Part shown: positions 58,505-58,813 of the stretch, one piece after another
How positions within the stretch are numbered: position 1 is the first letter of the stretch
Layout of the letters: the number at the start of each line of letters is the position of its first letter
Source of the DNA: Planctomycetota bacterium
GTDB lineage: Bacteria; Planctomycetota; Planctomycetia; JALXBF01
Length of the DNA stretch: 58,813 nt
Reading direction: 5' to 3'
Assembly: GCA_026991575.1 (NCBI GenBank)
Contig: JALXBF010000095.1
Coordinates: forward strand, 1-58,813
Notes under the pieces: generated by a model
The model's database searches: none
What the model was told of the DNA's origin: nothing
What the model saw: the letters and a program-made list of their open reading frames with translations, nothing else
Program-made: the position numbers and the translations under genes

Positions 58505-58813
58505 TTATTCGGGGGCGTCCTGCCGTCTGAGCTGTTCGAATTCCTCGGGCGTATCAGCATCCTCTTGCTCGGGCAGCAAACAACTTACCTCGGTAACCGA
58601 CAGTTCCGGCATGCGAAACAGCCGGTTGAGCCCCGCGTCGGGCGGTAACCGAAAGAGTGCGTGGCGGACGCGCCACGCCAGTAGCAGGGGGTGCCCCCGC
58701 CGGCCCCGGTATACGGGCACTGTCAGGTCGCTGCCGAGCTGGCGGTAGGCATTGATCAGGTTAAGCACGTTTGCGCGGCGAATGCCTGCGCAATCGCCCG
58801 GGGCGATCACCAG
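58505..58813 (-). CDS. MobA/MocA-like nucleotidyltransferase (3' part; truncated by the window edge)
   Basis: PGD, PVYRGRRGHPLL, DADTPEEF. Confidence 0.75.
   Translation of the reverse strand: MVIAPGDCAGIRRANVLNLINAYRQLGSDLTVPVYRGRRGHPLLLAWRVRHALFRLPPDAGLNRLFRMPELSVTEVSCLLPEQEDADTPEEFEQLRRQDAPE

Overview
High-GC chromosomal window from a Planctomycetota bacterium. The assignment rests on the PVC-superphylum small basic signature protein, planctomycete-type CX4CH and Tat proteins, and lptFG. It is densely coding with about 47 genes. I found no tRNA, rRNA, CRISPR array, transposase or phage gene. Housekeeping genes (efp, nth, dcd, queG, accD, gap, pgk, lptFG, thyX, groES) are interleaved with envelope genes, including three GT-C-fold glycosyltransferases. 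The two most interesting multi-gene systems are: (1) 43118-51238, an accessory type II FAS/PKS module (2x FabZ, FabG, an elongated AcpXL-like ACP, a Cys-less KS plus an active KS) followed by a membrane-anchored alpha/beta hydrolase and a GH3 acyl-adenylate/amide ligase, a candidate pathway for an unknown very-long-chain N-acyl amide lipid; (2) 25635-30897, a GAF-HlyD / HlyD / RRE-like-M50-HlyD operon that looks like an export system with no adjacent ABC ATPase. Smaller signals include a Hanks kinase downstream of accD with a tyrosine-kinase-like catalytic loop, an SD-sequestering hairpin in front of an orphan groES, and a structured intergenic region of about 1 kb with a duplicated motif. All calls come from motif recognition by eye; no database search was run.
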